The notes under the pieces: model-generated
What the model was told of the DNA's origin: nothing
Database searches by the model: none
What the model saw: only the letters and a program-made list of their open reading frames with translations
Position numbers and translations under genes: made by a program
Origin: Candidatus Saccharimonadia bacterium
GTDB taxonomy: Bacteria; Patescibacteriota; Saccharimonadia; UBA4664
Direction of reading: 5' to 3'
Assembly: GCA_038251135.1 (NCBI GenBank)
Contig: JBBSBR010000002.1
Location: 1-59,061, forward strand
DNA: 59,061 bases
In this document: piece after piece, positions 38,214-47,682 of the stretch
How positions within the stretch are numbered: position 1 is the stretch's first letter
How the letters are laid out: the number at the start of each line of letters is the position of its first letter

Positions 38214-40163
38214 ATGAATGAGGCGAAATACTTCTATCTGGTGGCACCGCTCGCCTACTCGGGGGCGATGAGTGTCTATACGTACCACGGCCTGATTGAA
38301 TTTGCGGTCGGCGATATTGCGAATATTACAATCGGCAGGCGCCAGAGCCTGGGCGTGGTGGTAGGACTTACCGGTCGACCGGAGTTCAAGACCAAAGCCC
38401 TCGGCGAACGTATCGCCGTGCCGACCATACCGCAATACCTCGTCGACCTGGCTTCATGGATGGGAAATTACTACGTTGCCAGTGCAGGCAGCGTCTGGGG
38501 CAGTTTCTTACCTGCAGGTATCGCGAAGACGCGCCGCGAAACCAAACCGAGAGCCTATAATTCCAGTCCGATCTTTCCGGCGGCGCCCCTAACGCCGCAA
38601 CAATCGGCGGCGCTCGAATCGATCCGCAGCTCCAACCTGCATGCGCACCTGATACACGGCGTCACCGGATCAGGTAAGACCCGACTCTATCTCGAACTGG
38701 CCCGCGAGGCACTTGATCAAGGCCAATCAGTTCTCGTTCTCGTGCCTGAGATCACCCTCACGCCTCAGCTCGTAGGCCAGTTCGAGGATGCCTTTGGCGA
38801 TGTTGTAATCTCAAGTCATTCCAAGCTCACCGAGGCGCAGCGTCACAAGATCTGGAACGAGGCCTCCGAAGCCACCGCGGGCAACCGGCCGCGCATTATC
38901 GTCGGGCCAAGGTCGTGCTTGTTTCTGCCGCTCCACAATCTGGGCCTGGTCGTGGTAGATGAATGCCACGAAACCAGCTACAAGCAGGAACAGCACCCGC
39001 GGTACCAGGCCGTCACAGTGGCCGGTAAGCTCGGAGCCCTCACGGGAGCACGGGTCATCCTCGGATCGGCAACCCCGGCCCTGCAAGAGCTTTATCTAGC
39101 TCAAATTGGTCGCATCGGCTATGTACGCCTGACTGAGCGAGCCAACCAAATAGCCCCGCCGAATGCTGAAATAATCGACCTCCGAGACAAAGATTTACTC
39201 AAATTGAGTAAATTTATTACTCAGCCTCTTATCGAGAAAATCACCGAAACGCTCCAAAATAAGCGTCAAGTTCTGCTCTACCTGAACCGTCGCGGCAGCG
39301 CGACGAGCCAGGTGTGCGGCGACTGCGGTTACGTCACGGTCTGCCCGGACTGCCAGCTCCCCCTCACCTTCCACGCGGACCTGATGCGCCTGATCTGTCA
39401 CCACTGTAATTATCGTCAGGTCAGCGCGGCCGTCTGCCCCGAATGTAGAGGTTCGGATATCAAGCTGCTCGGTGGCGGTACGAAGCGTATCGAAGCCGAA
39501 GTCGAAAGACTCTGGCCGGAGGCGAGGATCGCCCGCTTGGACCGCGACAGCGCCACCTTGCCGCACATCAAAGCGGTCTACGCCGGGCTAAAAGACGGCA
39601 GCATCGATATCGTGATCGGTACGCAAATGATCGCCAAGGGTCTAGACCTGCCGGCTATCGATACGGTCGGTATCATCTCGGCCGATACGATGCTGCATTT
39701 GCCGGATTATACCGCTGCCGAGCGAACATTCGACCTCTTAAGCCAGGTAAGCGGGCGGGCCGGGCGCGGCGACCGGGCCGGTACGATCATCATTCAAACG
39801 TACAGCCCGACCCATCCGGCGATTTTGGCTGCCGCCACCAACGACTACGATGCTTTCGCCGCGGCTGAGCTCATCCAACGAGCCGAACACGGCTATCCGC
39901 CCTACGCATTTCTGGCCAAAGTCAGCGTCAGCCATTCCGACCGCACCAAGGCTAAGGCCGATGTAGCCGCTCTGGCCAACGAGCTCAAATCATACACCGG
40001 CCTGCGGCTCAGCGGACCGGCGCCGGCCTTTATCGAGATCCAAGGCGGCAGATACCACTGGATTATGAGCCTCGCTTCGCCGAATCGGAAATTACTCCAA
40101 GATATAGCGGCCAAATACAGCGAAAGTGCCATCTTTGACCTCGATCCGGTGAATCTGCTCTAG
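38214..40163 (+). CDS. priA: Primosomal replication restart helicase PriA
   Basis: 649 aa. Walker A GVTGSGKT, DECHE box, and Cys-rich insertion CGDCG...CPDC...CHHC...CPEC. Confidence 0.93.
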   Translation: MNEAKYFYLVAPLAYSGAMSVYTYHGLIEFAVGDIANITIGRRQSLGVVVGLTGRPEFKTKALGERIAVPTIPQYLVDLASWMGNYYVASAGSVWGSFLPAGIAKTRRETKPRAYNSSPIFPAAPLTPQQSAALESIRSSNLHAHLIHGVTGSGKTRLYLELAREALDQGQSVLVLVPEITLTPQLVGQFEDAFGDVVISSHSKLTEAQRHKIWNEASEATAGNRPRIIVGPRSCLFLPLHNLGLVVVDECHETSYKQEQHPRYQAVTVAGKLGALTGARVILGSATPALQELYLAQIGRIGYVRLTERANQIAPPNAEIIDLRDKDLLKLSKFITQPLIEKITETLQNKRQVLLYLNRRGSATSQVCGDCGYVTVCPDCQLPLTFHADLMRLICHHCNYRQVSAAVCPECRGSDIKLLGGGTKRIEAEVERLWPEARIARLDRDSATLPHIKAVYAGLKDGSIDIVIGTQMIAKGLDLPAIDTVGIISADTMLHLPDYTAAERTFDLLSQVSGRAGRGDRAGTIIIQTYSPTHPAILAAATNDYDAFAAAELIQRAEHGYPPYAFLAKVSVSHSDRTKAKADVAALANELKSYTGLRLSGPAPAFIEIQGGRYHWIMSLASPNRKLLQDIAAKYSESAIFDLDPVNLL

Positions 40164-40217
40164 TCCGATCAACTTTGAGGTTCAATTATCCCTAACTTCC
40201 AGATAAACTAGCATGTA

Positions 40218-40790
40218 ATGACAGCCAAAGACATAATCACCATCCCCAACCCCGTCTTGCGCCAGAAATCGCGCCGTATCGGCCACATCGACCACGATAC
40301 CAAGGCTCTGGCGGCTCAAATGATCGAGGCGACGCTCGACTGGGAAGCCAGCCGCGCCCATGAATCGGCTGCGGCTTTGGCCGCCGTTCAGATTGGCGTG
40401 CCCGAAAGGGTCGTCGTGATTCGCAACGATTTCGAGAACAAAGCCGATACGTCGTTCAGCGTCTTCATTAACCCCGAAATCGTCAAGAGCGAAGGCGAAC
40501 CGACCGAAGAGCTTGAGGGATGCTTGAGCGTCACCGAGGTCTACGGCAGCGTTGCCCGGTATCCGAAGGTCAAAATTAAGGCCCTCAACCTCGACGGCCA
40601 GCCGGTGCGCCTGACAGCCACCGGTTTTCTGGCGCGCGTCTTCCAACACGAAATCGACCATACCAACGGCATCGTGTTCGTGGATCGGGTCGACGATCCC
40701 CGTAACCTCTACCACTTGGAGGCCAACGGCGAATTTACACCGCTGGCTGCCGGATTGCCGCAGCTCCACCAAAACCGCCATGACGCATAA
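40218..40790 (+). CDS. def: Peptide deformylase
   Basis: 190 aa. Motifs EGCLS and HEIDH. Confidence 0.93.
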   Translation: MTAKDIITIPNPVLRQKSRRIGHIDHDTKALAAQMIEATLDWEASRAHESAAALAAVQIGVPERVVVIRNDFENKADTSFSVFINPEIVKSEGEPTEELEGCLSVTEVYGSVARYPKVKIKALNLDGQPVRLTATGFLARVFQHEIDHTNGIVFVDRVDDPRNLYHLEANGEFTPLAAGLPQLHQNRHDA

Positions 40791-41703
40791 ACTGCGTCTG
40801 GTCTTCTTCGGCACGGAAGCCTGGGCCATACCCAGTCTCGATGCCCTCATTGAGCAGCATGAGGTTGTGGGCATTGTCACCAAACCGGATGCTCTTTCCG
40901 GCCGAGGTCACAAACTCACTGCCTCGCCGGTCAAGGAAGTGGCCCTCCGCTGCGGTATTCCCGTTTTTGAGCCGACCAATCTGACCGAATTCACGGCTGA
41001 CCTGGCCCGTCTCGAGGCTGATCTCGGCGTGGTTATTGCCTATGGCAAACTAATACCCGATGAGATCATCGAACTGCTTCGTCACGGCATCATCAACTGC
41101 CATCCGTCGGCTCTGCCGCATCACCGCGGTCCGTCGCCCATTGAAGCCGCAATCCTGGCCGGAGAGGCCGTTAAAGTCAGCATTATTCAGCTCAGCGCCG
41201 AAATGGATGCCGGCGATATTCTGGCGCAAGCCGACCTCCCCGGATCGGGCGACGGGCTCACGGCGCCTGAACTCTACGCCGCGGCCGGCCTGGTGGGGGC
41301 GGAGCTCATTATTGAGGTGATCGACGCTCTGGCTGCGGGCACGCTGCATCGTACGCCCCAGGATCACAGCCAGACGACCTTGTCTCGGAAAATCTCCAAG
41401 GCCGACGGAGTCATCGACTGGACCAAGCCGGCGGGCGTCATCGAACGCGAAATCCGAGCCTACGCGGGTTGGCCGGGCAGCAAGGCAACCCTGTCCGGTC
41501 AGGATATCACCATCACGCACGCTCACGTGGCCGCCATGACCCCTGCGGACTCGATGACGCCCGGTACGCCGCTCATCGCGTCCGACGGCTCCTTGGCCTT
41601 CCAGACGGGCCAAGGGCTACTCGTAGCGGACCGTTTAAAGCCGGCCGGAAAACGCGAAATGACCGGCCAAGCATATCTGGCTGGTCATCCCCTCTCAAGC
41701 TGA
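40780..41703 (+). CDS. fmt: Methionyl-tRNA formyltransferase
   Basis: 307 aa. HPSALPHHRG motif. 11-nt overlap with def. Confidence 0.92.
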   Translation: MTHKLRLVFFGTEAWAIPSLDALIEQHEVVGIVTKPDALSGRGHKLTASPVKEVALRCGIPVFEPTNLTEFTADLARLEADLGVVIAYGKLIPDEIIELLRHGIINCHPSALPHHRGPSPIEAAILAGEAVKVSIIQLSAEMDAGDILAQADLPGSGDGLTAPELYAAAGLVGAELIIEVIDALAAGTLHRTPQDHSQTTLSRKISKADGVIDWTKPAGVIEREIRAYAGWPGSKATLSGQDITITHAHVAAMTPADSMTPGTPLIASDGSLAFQTGQGLLVADRLKPAGKREMTGQAYLAGHPLSS

Positions 41704-41708
41704 ACTTC

Positions 41709-43109
41709 CTACTCCTGCCGAAAATTCAGCCACCTGACGAACCATGGCGTCTTCTGCTTGGACTTGCCGAGCTGCTGATCCCAAGTGCCCATCGTCGCTA
41801 GCTCAGAGGCGTATCCGGAGCCGGAGCCGCCGCCAAGCTTCGAATTTTTCGTACGGCCGAGGTCGGCTCGGCGAAGCGAGGATAATTGCTTATTTGTGGA
41901 CTTCTCGTCACCGATTATCAACGTCTGCCGTTCAATCTCGCCAGTGGAAACGCGGACAACCTCGACCAGGCGTCCGTTGGGCATTCCGGGAATGTTATAG
42001 GATCGCTCCTCAAGTCTGGGGCCGCGATTCTTTTGACGATGAAGTATTCCGCCGAAATTTTTGGTCGTCGGCTCTTGCGTGTCGGTGATCCCGAGAGCGA
42101 ATCTGCGGAGCCGGGCCTGTGGCCGAAAGTCGGCATCTTTTGTAGTCAGTGAGGCAACCATCGAGTCCCCCTTGGCCGCCGCTTCGGCAAATTTCAACGT
42201 CGTATCTACCGCCTGTTTGGCATACCGCACATAGTTGGCCCGGGTTCGCTTAAAGCTTTCAGCTTTCTGTGCCTCAAGTTGAGCCAGCATCTGCTTCTTC
42301 AGTGCCCCGTTGACGGTATTGGCTTCGATCAGCCGGGCTCGTTCGTTGAACTGACGGTCGAGGTTCGTAATGTCTGCCGCCTCGAGGTCGGCCGCGAACG
42401 CCTGGCGGCGGGCCTCCTCGACGTCTTGGACGGCGTGCGGGAAATTCCGATCCCTCTGCTCTTGCTCGGCCAAGCTTATCGCCACGTCGGAATCCTCAAC
42501 CCGGTTCTTGGACTGCCATTCCTCGTGATCAGCGCGAGCTTCAACCTCCGCCTCGGCGCTGTCTTGTACCCGGTCGGGGTACCTGATCGGTTCATACTCG
42601 GCGTGTGCTTGGGTATAGGCTTCGTTTTCATCCTGTACGCGATCCGGATACTTCCGCTTCTCGCCTTCCAAAAGCGCCTTCGCGTGAGCTTTGTCTTTGT
42701 TCAAATTCGCGGCACGGCCGGGCGATATCGCCACCTCGCCGGCCAGTCTGACGGCCCTCCTGATTCGGCCGAGATCAGGCATCTCCGCGGCGGGAGCGCC
42801 GGCGGGATCGTCGCCGGCCGCCGGGACTCTCTCTGTATTGGCGGCCGGTCCTTCAAGACCGAGGGCAGTATCAAGGCCATCCAAGTCTTCGCGGCTCAAA
42901 GTCATTGCCTTGGTTTCGGTGGCAGGCGTTACAGGCGGTATACTGAGATCGCCAGTGAAGGCTCTGTTGAGGCGGTCTAGCTCTTCAAAGTCAATGACCG
43001 GCCCAGACGAAACCGCGGATGTACCCGGAGTCTGTCCCTCAAGCGGATCGGTGAATGATACTTCATGGGATGTAACTCCTGACGGACCGGTAGTTTCGGG
43101 GTTTGTCAC
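41709..43109 (-). CDS. Hypothetical acidic/helical protein with four tandem YPDRVQD-type repeats
   Basis: 466-aa ORF with a GTG start. The repeats are KYPDRVQDENEAYTQAHAEYEP, IRYPDRVQDSAEAEVEARADHEEWQS, KNRVEDSDVAISLAEQEQRD and RNFPHAVQDVEEARRQAFAAD. No TM or signal peptide. Confidence 0.6.
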   Translation of the reverse strand: MTNPETTGPSGVTSHEVSFTDPLEGQTPGTSAVSSGPVIDFEELDRLNRAFTGDLSIPPVTPATETKAMTLSREDLDGLDTALGLEGPAANTERVPAAGDDPAGAPAAEMPDLGRIRRAVRLAGEVAISPGRAANLNKDKAHAKALLEGEKRKYPDRVQDENEAYTQAHAEYEPIRYPDRVQDSAEAEVEARADHEEWQSKNRVEDSDVAISLAEQEQRDRNFPHAVQDVEEARRQAFAADLEAADITNLDRQFNERARLIEANTVNGALKKQMLAQLEAQKAESFKRTRANYVRYAKQAVDTTLKFAEAAAKGDSMVASLTTKDADFRPQARLRRFALGITDTQEPTTKNFGGILHRQKNRGPRLEERSYNIPGMPNGRLVEVVRVSTGEIERQTLIIGDEKSTNKQLSSLRRADLGRTKNSKLGGGSGSGYASELATMGTWDQQLGKSKQKTPWFVRWLNFRQE

Positions 43110-43116
43110 GATATTT

Positions 43117-43144
43117 TAGACTCCAGATTGTTATCTGGAGTCTA
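43117..43144 (-). promoter_or_regulatory. Perfect 12-bp hairpin immediately upstream of the 41709..43109 start codon
   Basis: TAGACTCCAGAT-TGTT-ATCTGGAGTCTA. On the mRNA strand the only GGAG upstream of GTG 43109 lies in the 3' arm, and no U-tract follows. Confidence 0.45.
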
Positions 43145-43212
43145 TCATAAGTGGTATGGAACGCTCAATGCGCAGACCGCCGGCGGTGGGGGCTTTGGGG
43201 TGCGTTAATCGG

Positions 43213-43545
43213 CTAGATTTTTCGCAGCAACCGGTCGATCTCGGCGGCGTAGGCGCCGCCGGTATCGATCTTGAAATGAATCCGAGGAACGTACTTATTG
43301 GTCATGCGCTGGCCCAGATCGTGCTGCACCTTGCCCGTAAGCCCCATTATCCGCTTCCAGACGGGCGATTCGGCCGCATCGGTGTCTCCCAAGAGGCCGA
43401 TCCAGACGGTAGCGTTGTGCAGATCGGGTGAAGCGTCGACCCGCGTAACCGTAACCCCGGCAGCATCGGCTTCCAGATAGTTCCGGAGACTAGTCGCGAC
43501 CACCTGCTGGATTACGCTCTCGACCTTGGCTACGCGTTCAGACAT
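43213..43545 (-). CDS. rbfA: Ribosome-binding factor A
   Basis: 110 aa. Typical RbfA sequence, immediately downstream of infB. Confidence 0.9.
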   Translation of the reverse strand: MSERVAKVESVIQQVVATSLRNYLEADAAGVTVTRVDASPDLHNATVWIGLLGDTDAAESPVWKRIMGLTGKVQHDLGQRMTNKYVPRIHFKIDTGGAYAAEIDRLLRKI

Positions 43546-43615
43546 AAATATACCTTAAATTAGATGTTGCAGCCGTAGTCCCGAACTTGCTTCAAGATGA
43601 CGTACAAACCAACCG

Positions 43616-45394
43616 TTAGGAGCTAAACGTGCGGGCGATAGTTTCGACCGAGTAAAATTCCAGAAAATCTCCAAGCTCAATCGCGGTGGCCGTATTGACG
43701 TTCATACCGCAGGTTTCACCCTCGAAGGCTTCACGAGCCGCCTGTTTGTCCTTCTGCAGGCTCGCCATGGTGCCTTCGCCGACGATTTCCTTGCCGCGCC
43801 TAATGCGGAACTTCGTCTTCGGTACTATATGGCCGCTCCGGACAGTACCGCCGCAAACTACGGCCGTCTTGGTCGTCTTGAAGACGCCGAGAATTTCGAG
43901 CTCGCCAGTAACCGTCTCCACGACTTCCGGCTCGAGCATCTGGCTCAGGGCATCGCGCAGATCATCCGTGAGCTCGTAGATTACCTTGTAGAGATGGACT
44001 TTGACGCCCTCGCGGTTGGCGTGCGACTTGAGGGCAGAACTCATACCGACGTTGAACCCGATCATCAGGGCGCCGGCAGTTTTGGCGAAGGCAATGTCGG
44101 ACTCGGCAATGTCACCGACGGCCGATGAAACGACCTTGACGGCGACCTCGGAATTTTTCAGCTGCTCCATGGCGGCCATGAGCGACTCCAATGAGCCCTG
44201 AACGTCGGCCTTGAGCACGATGTTGAGTTCACGAACATTCTCGGCGCTGATCGCCTGGTTCATGAGCGACGCGTCGATCTTCTTGACGCCGAGGCTCTTG
44301 GCTTGGGTACGGCGCACGACCTGAGAAGCCGCTTCACGAGCGCCCTTCTCCGTCTCATCGGAACGGAAACGATCGCCGAAGGCCGGTACGGCCTTGAAGC
44401 CAGTTACGACGGCCGGCATGCCCGGATGGGCGGCTTGAATCCGCTTCCCGCGATAATCGCCGAGACTTCTAACCTTGGCGTAAGTCGAACCCGCTATCAG
44501 ATAATCACCGACCTTGAGCTGACCGTTGCGTACCAGAACTGTGGCAACCGGACCGCGGCTCGGGTCGAGGTGGGACTCTATAATTACTCCGTCGCTGGGA
44601 CCGTCCGGCATAGCTCGCAGATCCTCGAGATCGGCGACCAGCAACACGAGGTCGAGCAGCTTGTCGATGTTGACGTTGGACTTGGCCGAAACGTCGACGG
44701 TCACGGTGTTGCCGCCCCAATCTTCCGGCTGCAGGCCCAATTCGCTCAATTCGGTCCGTACGCGAACGGGATCGGCGCCCTCCTTGTCGACCTTGTTGAT
44801 GGCCACGACCATCTGTACGCCCGCTTCCTGAGCGTAGCGGATCGCCTCTTTGGTCTGCGGCTTCACGCCGTCGTCGGCGGCCACCACGATAATGGCGACA
44901 TCGGTCATGCGGGCGCCGTGCTGGCGCAGCGCCGAGAAGGCCTCGTGCCCCGGAGTATCGAGGAAGGTTATCCAGCGGTCGTTGCGGTTTACCTGGTAGG
45001 CTCCGATGTGCTGGGTAATACCGCCCGCCTCTTTGGCGACGACGGATGTGTTACGAATGGCGTCCAAGAGAGATGTCTTGCCGTGGTCGACGTGTCCCAT
45101 GACGGTCACGATTGGCGGCCTCAGCATTCCCTCCCCCTCGGGCAATGGTTGCTTCTCGGCGGCCAGCGCGGCAGCTTCGGGCGACACCTCAAGCTCAATT
45201 TCAAAGCCCAAGTCACTGCCGATGATGGCGGCCGTGTCGAAGTCGATCTGCTCGTTGATGGTCGCCATGACGCCGTTCTTCATCAGTTCACCCATTACCC
45301 GAGTCACCGGCAGTCCAAGCCGTTCGGCAAGCTGACCCACCCCGATTACTTCGGGGATGACGATCGGTTGGTTGGATGTGACCTGGTCGGCCAT
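43616..45394 (-). CDS. infB: Translation initiation factor IF-2 (short N-terminus)
   Basis: 592 aa. G domain [24 protein letters not shown]. Confidence 0.96.
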   Translation of the reverse strand: MADQVTSNQPIVIPEVIGVGQLAERLGLPVTRVMGELMKNGVMATINEQIDFDTAAIIGSDLGFEIELEVSPEAAALAAEKQPLPEGEGMLRPPIVTVMGHVDHGKTSLLDAIRNTSVVAKEAGGITQHIGAYQVNRNDRWITFLDTPGHEAFSALRQHGARMTDVAIIVVAADDGVKPQTKEAIRYAQEAGVQMVVAINKVDKEGADPVRVRTELSELGLQPEDWGGNTVTVDVSAKSNVNIDKLLDLVLLVADLEDLRAMPDGPSDGVIIESHLDPSRGPVATVLVRNGQLKVGDYLIAGSTYAKVRSLGDYRGKRIQAAHPGMPAVVTGFKAVPAFGDRFRSDETEKGAREAASQVVRRTQAKSLGVKKIDASLMNQAISAENVRELNIVLKADVQGSLESLMAAMEQLKNSEVAVKVVSSAVGDIAESDIAFAKTAGALMIGFNVGMSSALKSHANREGVKVHLYKVIYELTDDLRDALSQMLEPEVVETVTGELEILGVFKTTKTAVVCGGTVRSGHIVPKTKFRIRRGKEIVGEGTMASLQKDKQAAREAFEGETCGMNVNTATAIELGDFLEFYSVETIARTFSS

Positions 45395-45423
45395 AAGGCG
45401 CTCCTGACGGATTTAAAACTGAT

Positions 45424-45615
45424 TTATTTCTTCTTGACGGTCTTGGGCAGGATCACAGAACAGCGATCAGAACATGAATAAATGCCTCGTCCGAGCTCGA
45501 CCTGTTTGGGATCGAGTTGGAGAGATCCTCCCGCCAACGTCCACCGCCGGAGTTCGCCTTTGGGCTTTTGGACCCGGCAGACTCGGCAGCGACGCAGCGG
45601 GACATGAGTGGACAC
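45424..45615 (-). CDS. ylxR: YlxR/DUF448-family RNA-binding protein
   Basis: 63 aa. RRCRVCRVQKPKGELRRW motif. Conserved position upstream of infB. Confidence 0.8.
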   Translation of the reverse strand: MSTHVPLRRCRVCRVQKPKGELRRWTLAGGSLQLDPKQVELGRGIYSCSDRCSVILPKTVKKK

Positions 45616-46718
45616 TACTTGGCCTCATCCTCAGCGGCCTTGGCGGCCTTGCGAGGAGATTTTAAGCTCAATGAGAGCTTGTGAGCCTCGGGGTCGATCG
45701 CGATGATCCGGAACTTCTTGGACTCGCCCAGTTTCACCAGGGTACTTGGGTCCTCGACGTGGGTATCGGCCAGCTCAGAGATATGCACGAGCGCCTCAAT
45801 TGCCGGGGTAACCTGGACGAAGGCGCCAAATGGCGTGATACGGGTAATCTTGCCCTCAACCTCGTCGCCGACCTTGTACTTGACCGCATCGCGCAGCCAG
45901 GGATCCGGCGAAAGCTGCTTCATCGACAGACTGAGCTTGTCGCGGTCGATCGAGATGATCTTGGCCTCAACCTTGTCGCCGACCTTCACATAGGTAGAGG
46001 GATTGTCGACTCGGTCCCAAGCAATCTCGGAGATGTGCACCAGTCCCTCGACGCCGTCGACGTTTACGAAAATGCCAAAGTCGACTACGCCGGTAGCGAC
46101 GCCGGTCACGACATCGTTGACGGTCATCTTGGCGACTTTGCCCTCGGTGTCTTCGCGCTTGGCGGCTTTTTCGCTCAGGATAAGCTTATTGTCGCGGCGA
46201 TTCACATCGAGTACCCGAACCGACAAACTCTTGCCGATCAGGCTGTTCAGGCGGTGCAGGATCTCGTCCTTGTCGGCGCCGGAAACACGCGGGTAGTTCT
46301 CGGCCGAAAGTTGAGATACCGGCAAAAAGCCGCGAATCCCGTCGACTTCGATCAACAAACCGCCCTTGTTGGCGTCGAACGCGGTAACCGGGAAGACTTC
46401 GCCGGCCGTAAAGCGCTCCTCGAGCGACTCCCAGCCCTTCTCCTTGGCGACCTTCTTGAGACTCAAAATAGCGTAACCGCGGTCGTCCTCGGGATCGAGG
46501 ACCGACGCCGAAATAATGTCGCCGGGCTTAATATCCTGGCTGGACTCAATCTCCCGTCCGACTACCAATCCGGTACCTCGGGCGCCCAGATCCAGCCAGA
46601 CCTCATGCTTCTCGGCAGCGATCACGGTACCCTCGATGACGTCCCCGGCGGCCATTGCCGCAACCGGAGCCTCGGCTAAGAGCTCTTCCATTGATAATTC
46701 TTGAACTTTGGTTGCCAT
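45615..46718 (-). CDS. rpsA: 30S ribosomal protein S1 (four S1 domains)
   Basis: 367 aa. Four repeats of the S1 OB-fold pattern (G.V..G.V......G.FV.......G..H.SE). Confidence 0.88.
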   Translation of the reverse strand: MATKVQELSMEELLAEAPVAAMAAGDVIEGTVIAAEKHEVWLDLGARGTGLVVGREIESSQDIKPGDIISASVLDPEDDRGYAILSLKKVAKEKGWESLEERFTAGEVFPVTAFDANKGGLLIEVDGIRGFLPVSQLSAENYPRVSGADKDEILHRLNSLIGKSLSVRVLDVNRRDNKLILSEKAAKREDTEGKVAKMTVNDVVTGVATGVVDFGIFVNVDGVEGLVHISEIAWDRVDNPSTYVKVGDKVEAKIISIDRDKLSLSMKQLSPDPWLRDAVKYKVGDEVEGKITRITPFGAFVQVTPAIEALVHISELADTHVEDPSTLVKLGESKKFRIIAIDPEAHKLSLSLKSPRKAAKAAEDEAK

Positions 46719-46824
46719 AAGTGTAGTTTCCGCAAACGGCTTTCAACCCGCTCGCGTACTTCTCCCTTCAAAAAAGATTTCACTAACGCTTGGCAAAGCG
46801 AGTGATTAATCATCATTTTACCCT

Positions 46825-46854
46825 AAAAGACGCCTCGCGTAAAGGCGAAGCGCC
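46825..46854 (-). terminator. Intrinsic terminator of the LPXTG-like gene
   Basis: Minus strand GGCGCUUCGC-CUUUAC-GCGAGGCGUC (10 bp, including 2 G-U pairs) followed by UUUU. Confidence 0.55.
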
Positions 46855-46884
46855 TTGAAGGTTTTCGTAGGTGTGGGATGCTCG

Positions 46885-47325
46885 CTAACCGCGCGGGGTA
46901 CGGAGTGCGGCGCCTAAGATGCGACGACCTGAACGCCAGTAGGCCAGAGCTACCAACATCATGCTCATACCGAGGAGCGCCGACGTAGATGAGCCGGTAT
47001 CTGGAATCGCCGTGCCGGCAACGGCCTGAGGCTTGGGAGACGCCGCCGGCGCTCCGGCCGCGGTTCCGTTAGCCGTCGTCGAACCGCCCTGGATCGTATT
47101 GGCCGACGGCGAGGCGACCGGAGCCGTATTATTAGTGGTGATACTGGCCCCGTCCGGCGTCGGTGCCGCACTTGCCGCCGTAGTCTGAGTCGCCTGCTGA
47201 TGTTTGGTGTCGTCTTGCGTCTTCAATTGCGCCTGGCGCTGTGAGTTACCGTACAGAAAGGTCGCTACCACGATCAAGCTGATCACAATCAGCCCAATGA
47301 CGGTCTTCACATTCTCGCTCTTCAC
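46885..47325 (-). CDS. Small Ala/Thr/Pro-rich surface protein with a sortase-type sorting signal (IPDTG)
   Basis: 146 aa. GTG start with GGAG 8 nt upstream. N-terminal TM/signal. The C-terminus is IPDTG, then a hydrophobic stretch (SSTSALLGMSMMLVALAYW), then a basic tail (RSGRR...). Confidence 0.65.
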   Translation of the reverse strand: MKSENVKTVIGLIVISLIVVATFLYGNSQRQAQLKTQDDTKHQQATQTTAASAAPTPDGASITTNNTAPVASPSANTIQGGSTTANGTAAGAPAASPKPQAVAGTAIPDTGSSTSALLGMSMMLVALAYWRSGRRILGAALRTPRG

Positions 47326-47421
47326 GTGTTTTGCTCCAATCAGATAAATGTAAATAGGTTATAACCGAGAATGAGCCTGGAAACAAGCTTAAGAATATTA
47401 TAGATAGCTCTCCAGAGCACA

Positions 47422-47492
47422 CAAATAGCCGTGCGTTGCTGAGGAATGGACACCTTGGAGGGGCCAGTACCCAAGCAACGCACGGCTATTTG
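47422..47492. repeat. Perfect 17-18 bp inverted repeat enclosing a 35-nt loop
   Basis: AAATAGCCGTGCGTTGC (47423..47439) pairs with GCAACGCACGGCTATTT (47475..47491), with one extra C-G pair outside. It lies in the 357-bp intergenic region. Confidence 0.7.
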
Positions 47493-47682
47493 AGCCGCAC
47501 TTTATGAGCGGAGATGGGGCTTCATCCTTGATCAAATTGCAAGGAGGTGAGCACTCGCGTAAAGACCGAAGGGGAAAAGCCCCATCACCACTAATCACCC
47601 TCACTCCCGCGGAATGCGGAACGTTGCATTAAATCTAACATATTCGATGGTATAAGTCAATAATTTTGGGCTCTGTAAGCCC

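Noticed and set aside
47326-47682. RNase P RNA, SRP RNA, tmRNA or 6S RNA in the structured intergenic region.
   Set aside because: Only weak resemblances exist (GAGGAAUGGAC on the + strand, AGGGUGAUUAGUGGUG on the - strand), and they lie on opposite strands. The region has no GGAAGCAGCC-type SRP domain IV, no tmRNA tRNA-like ends and no tag ORF.
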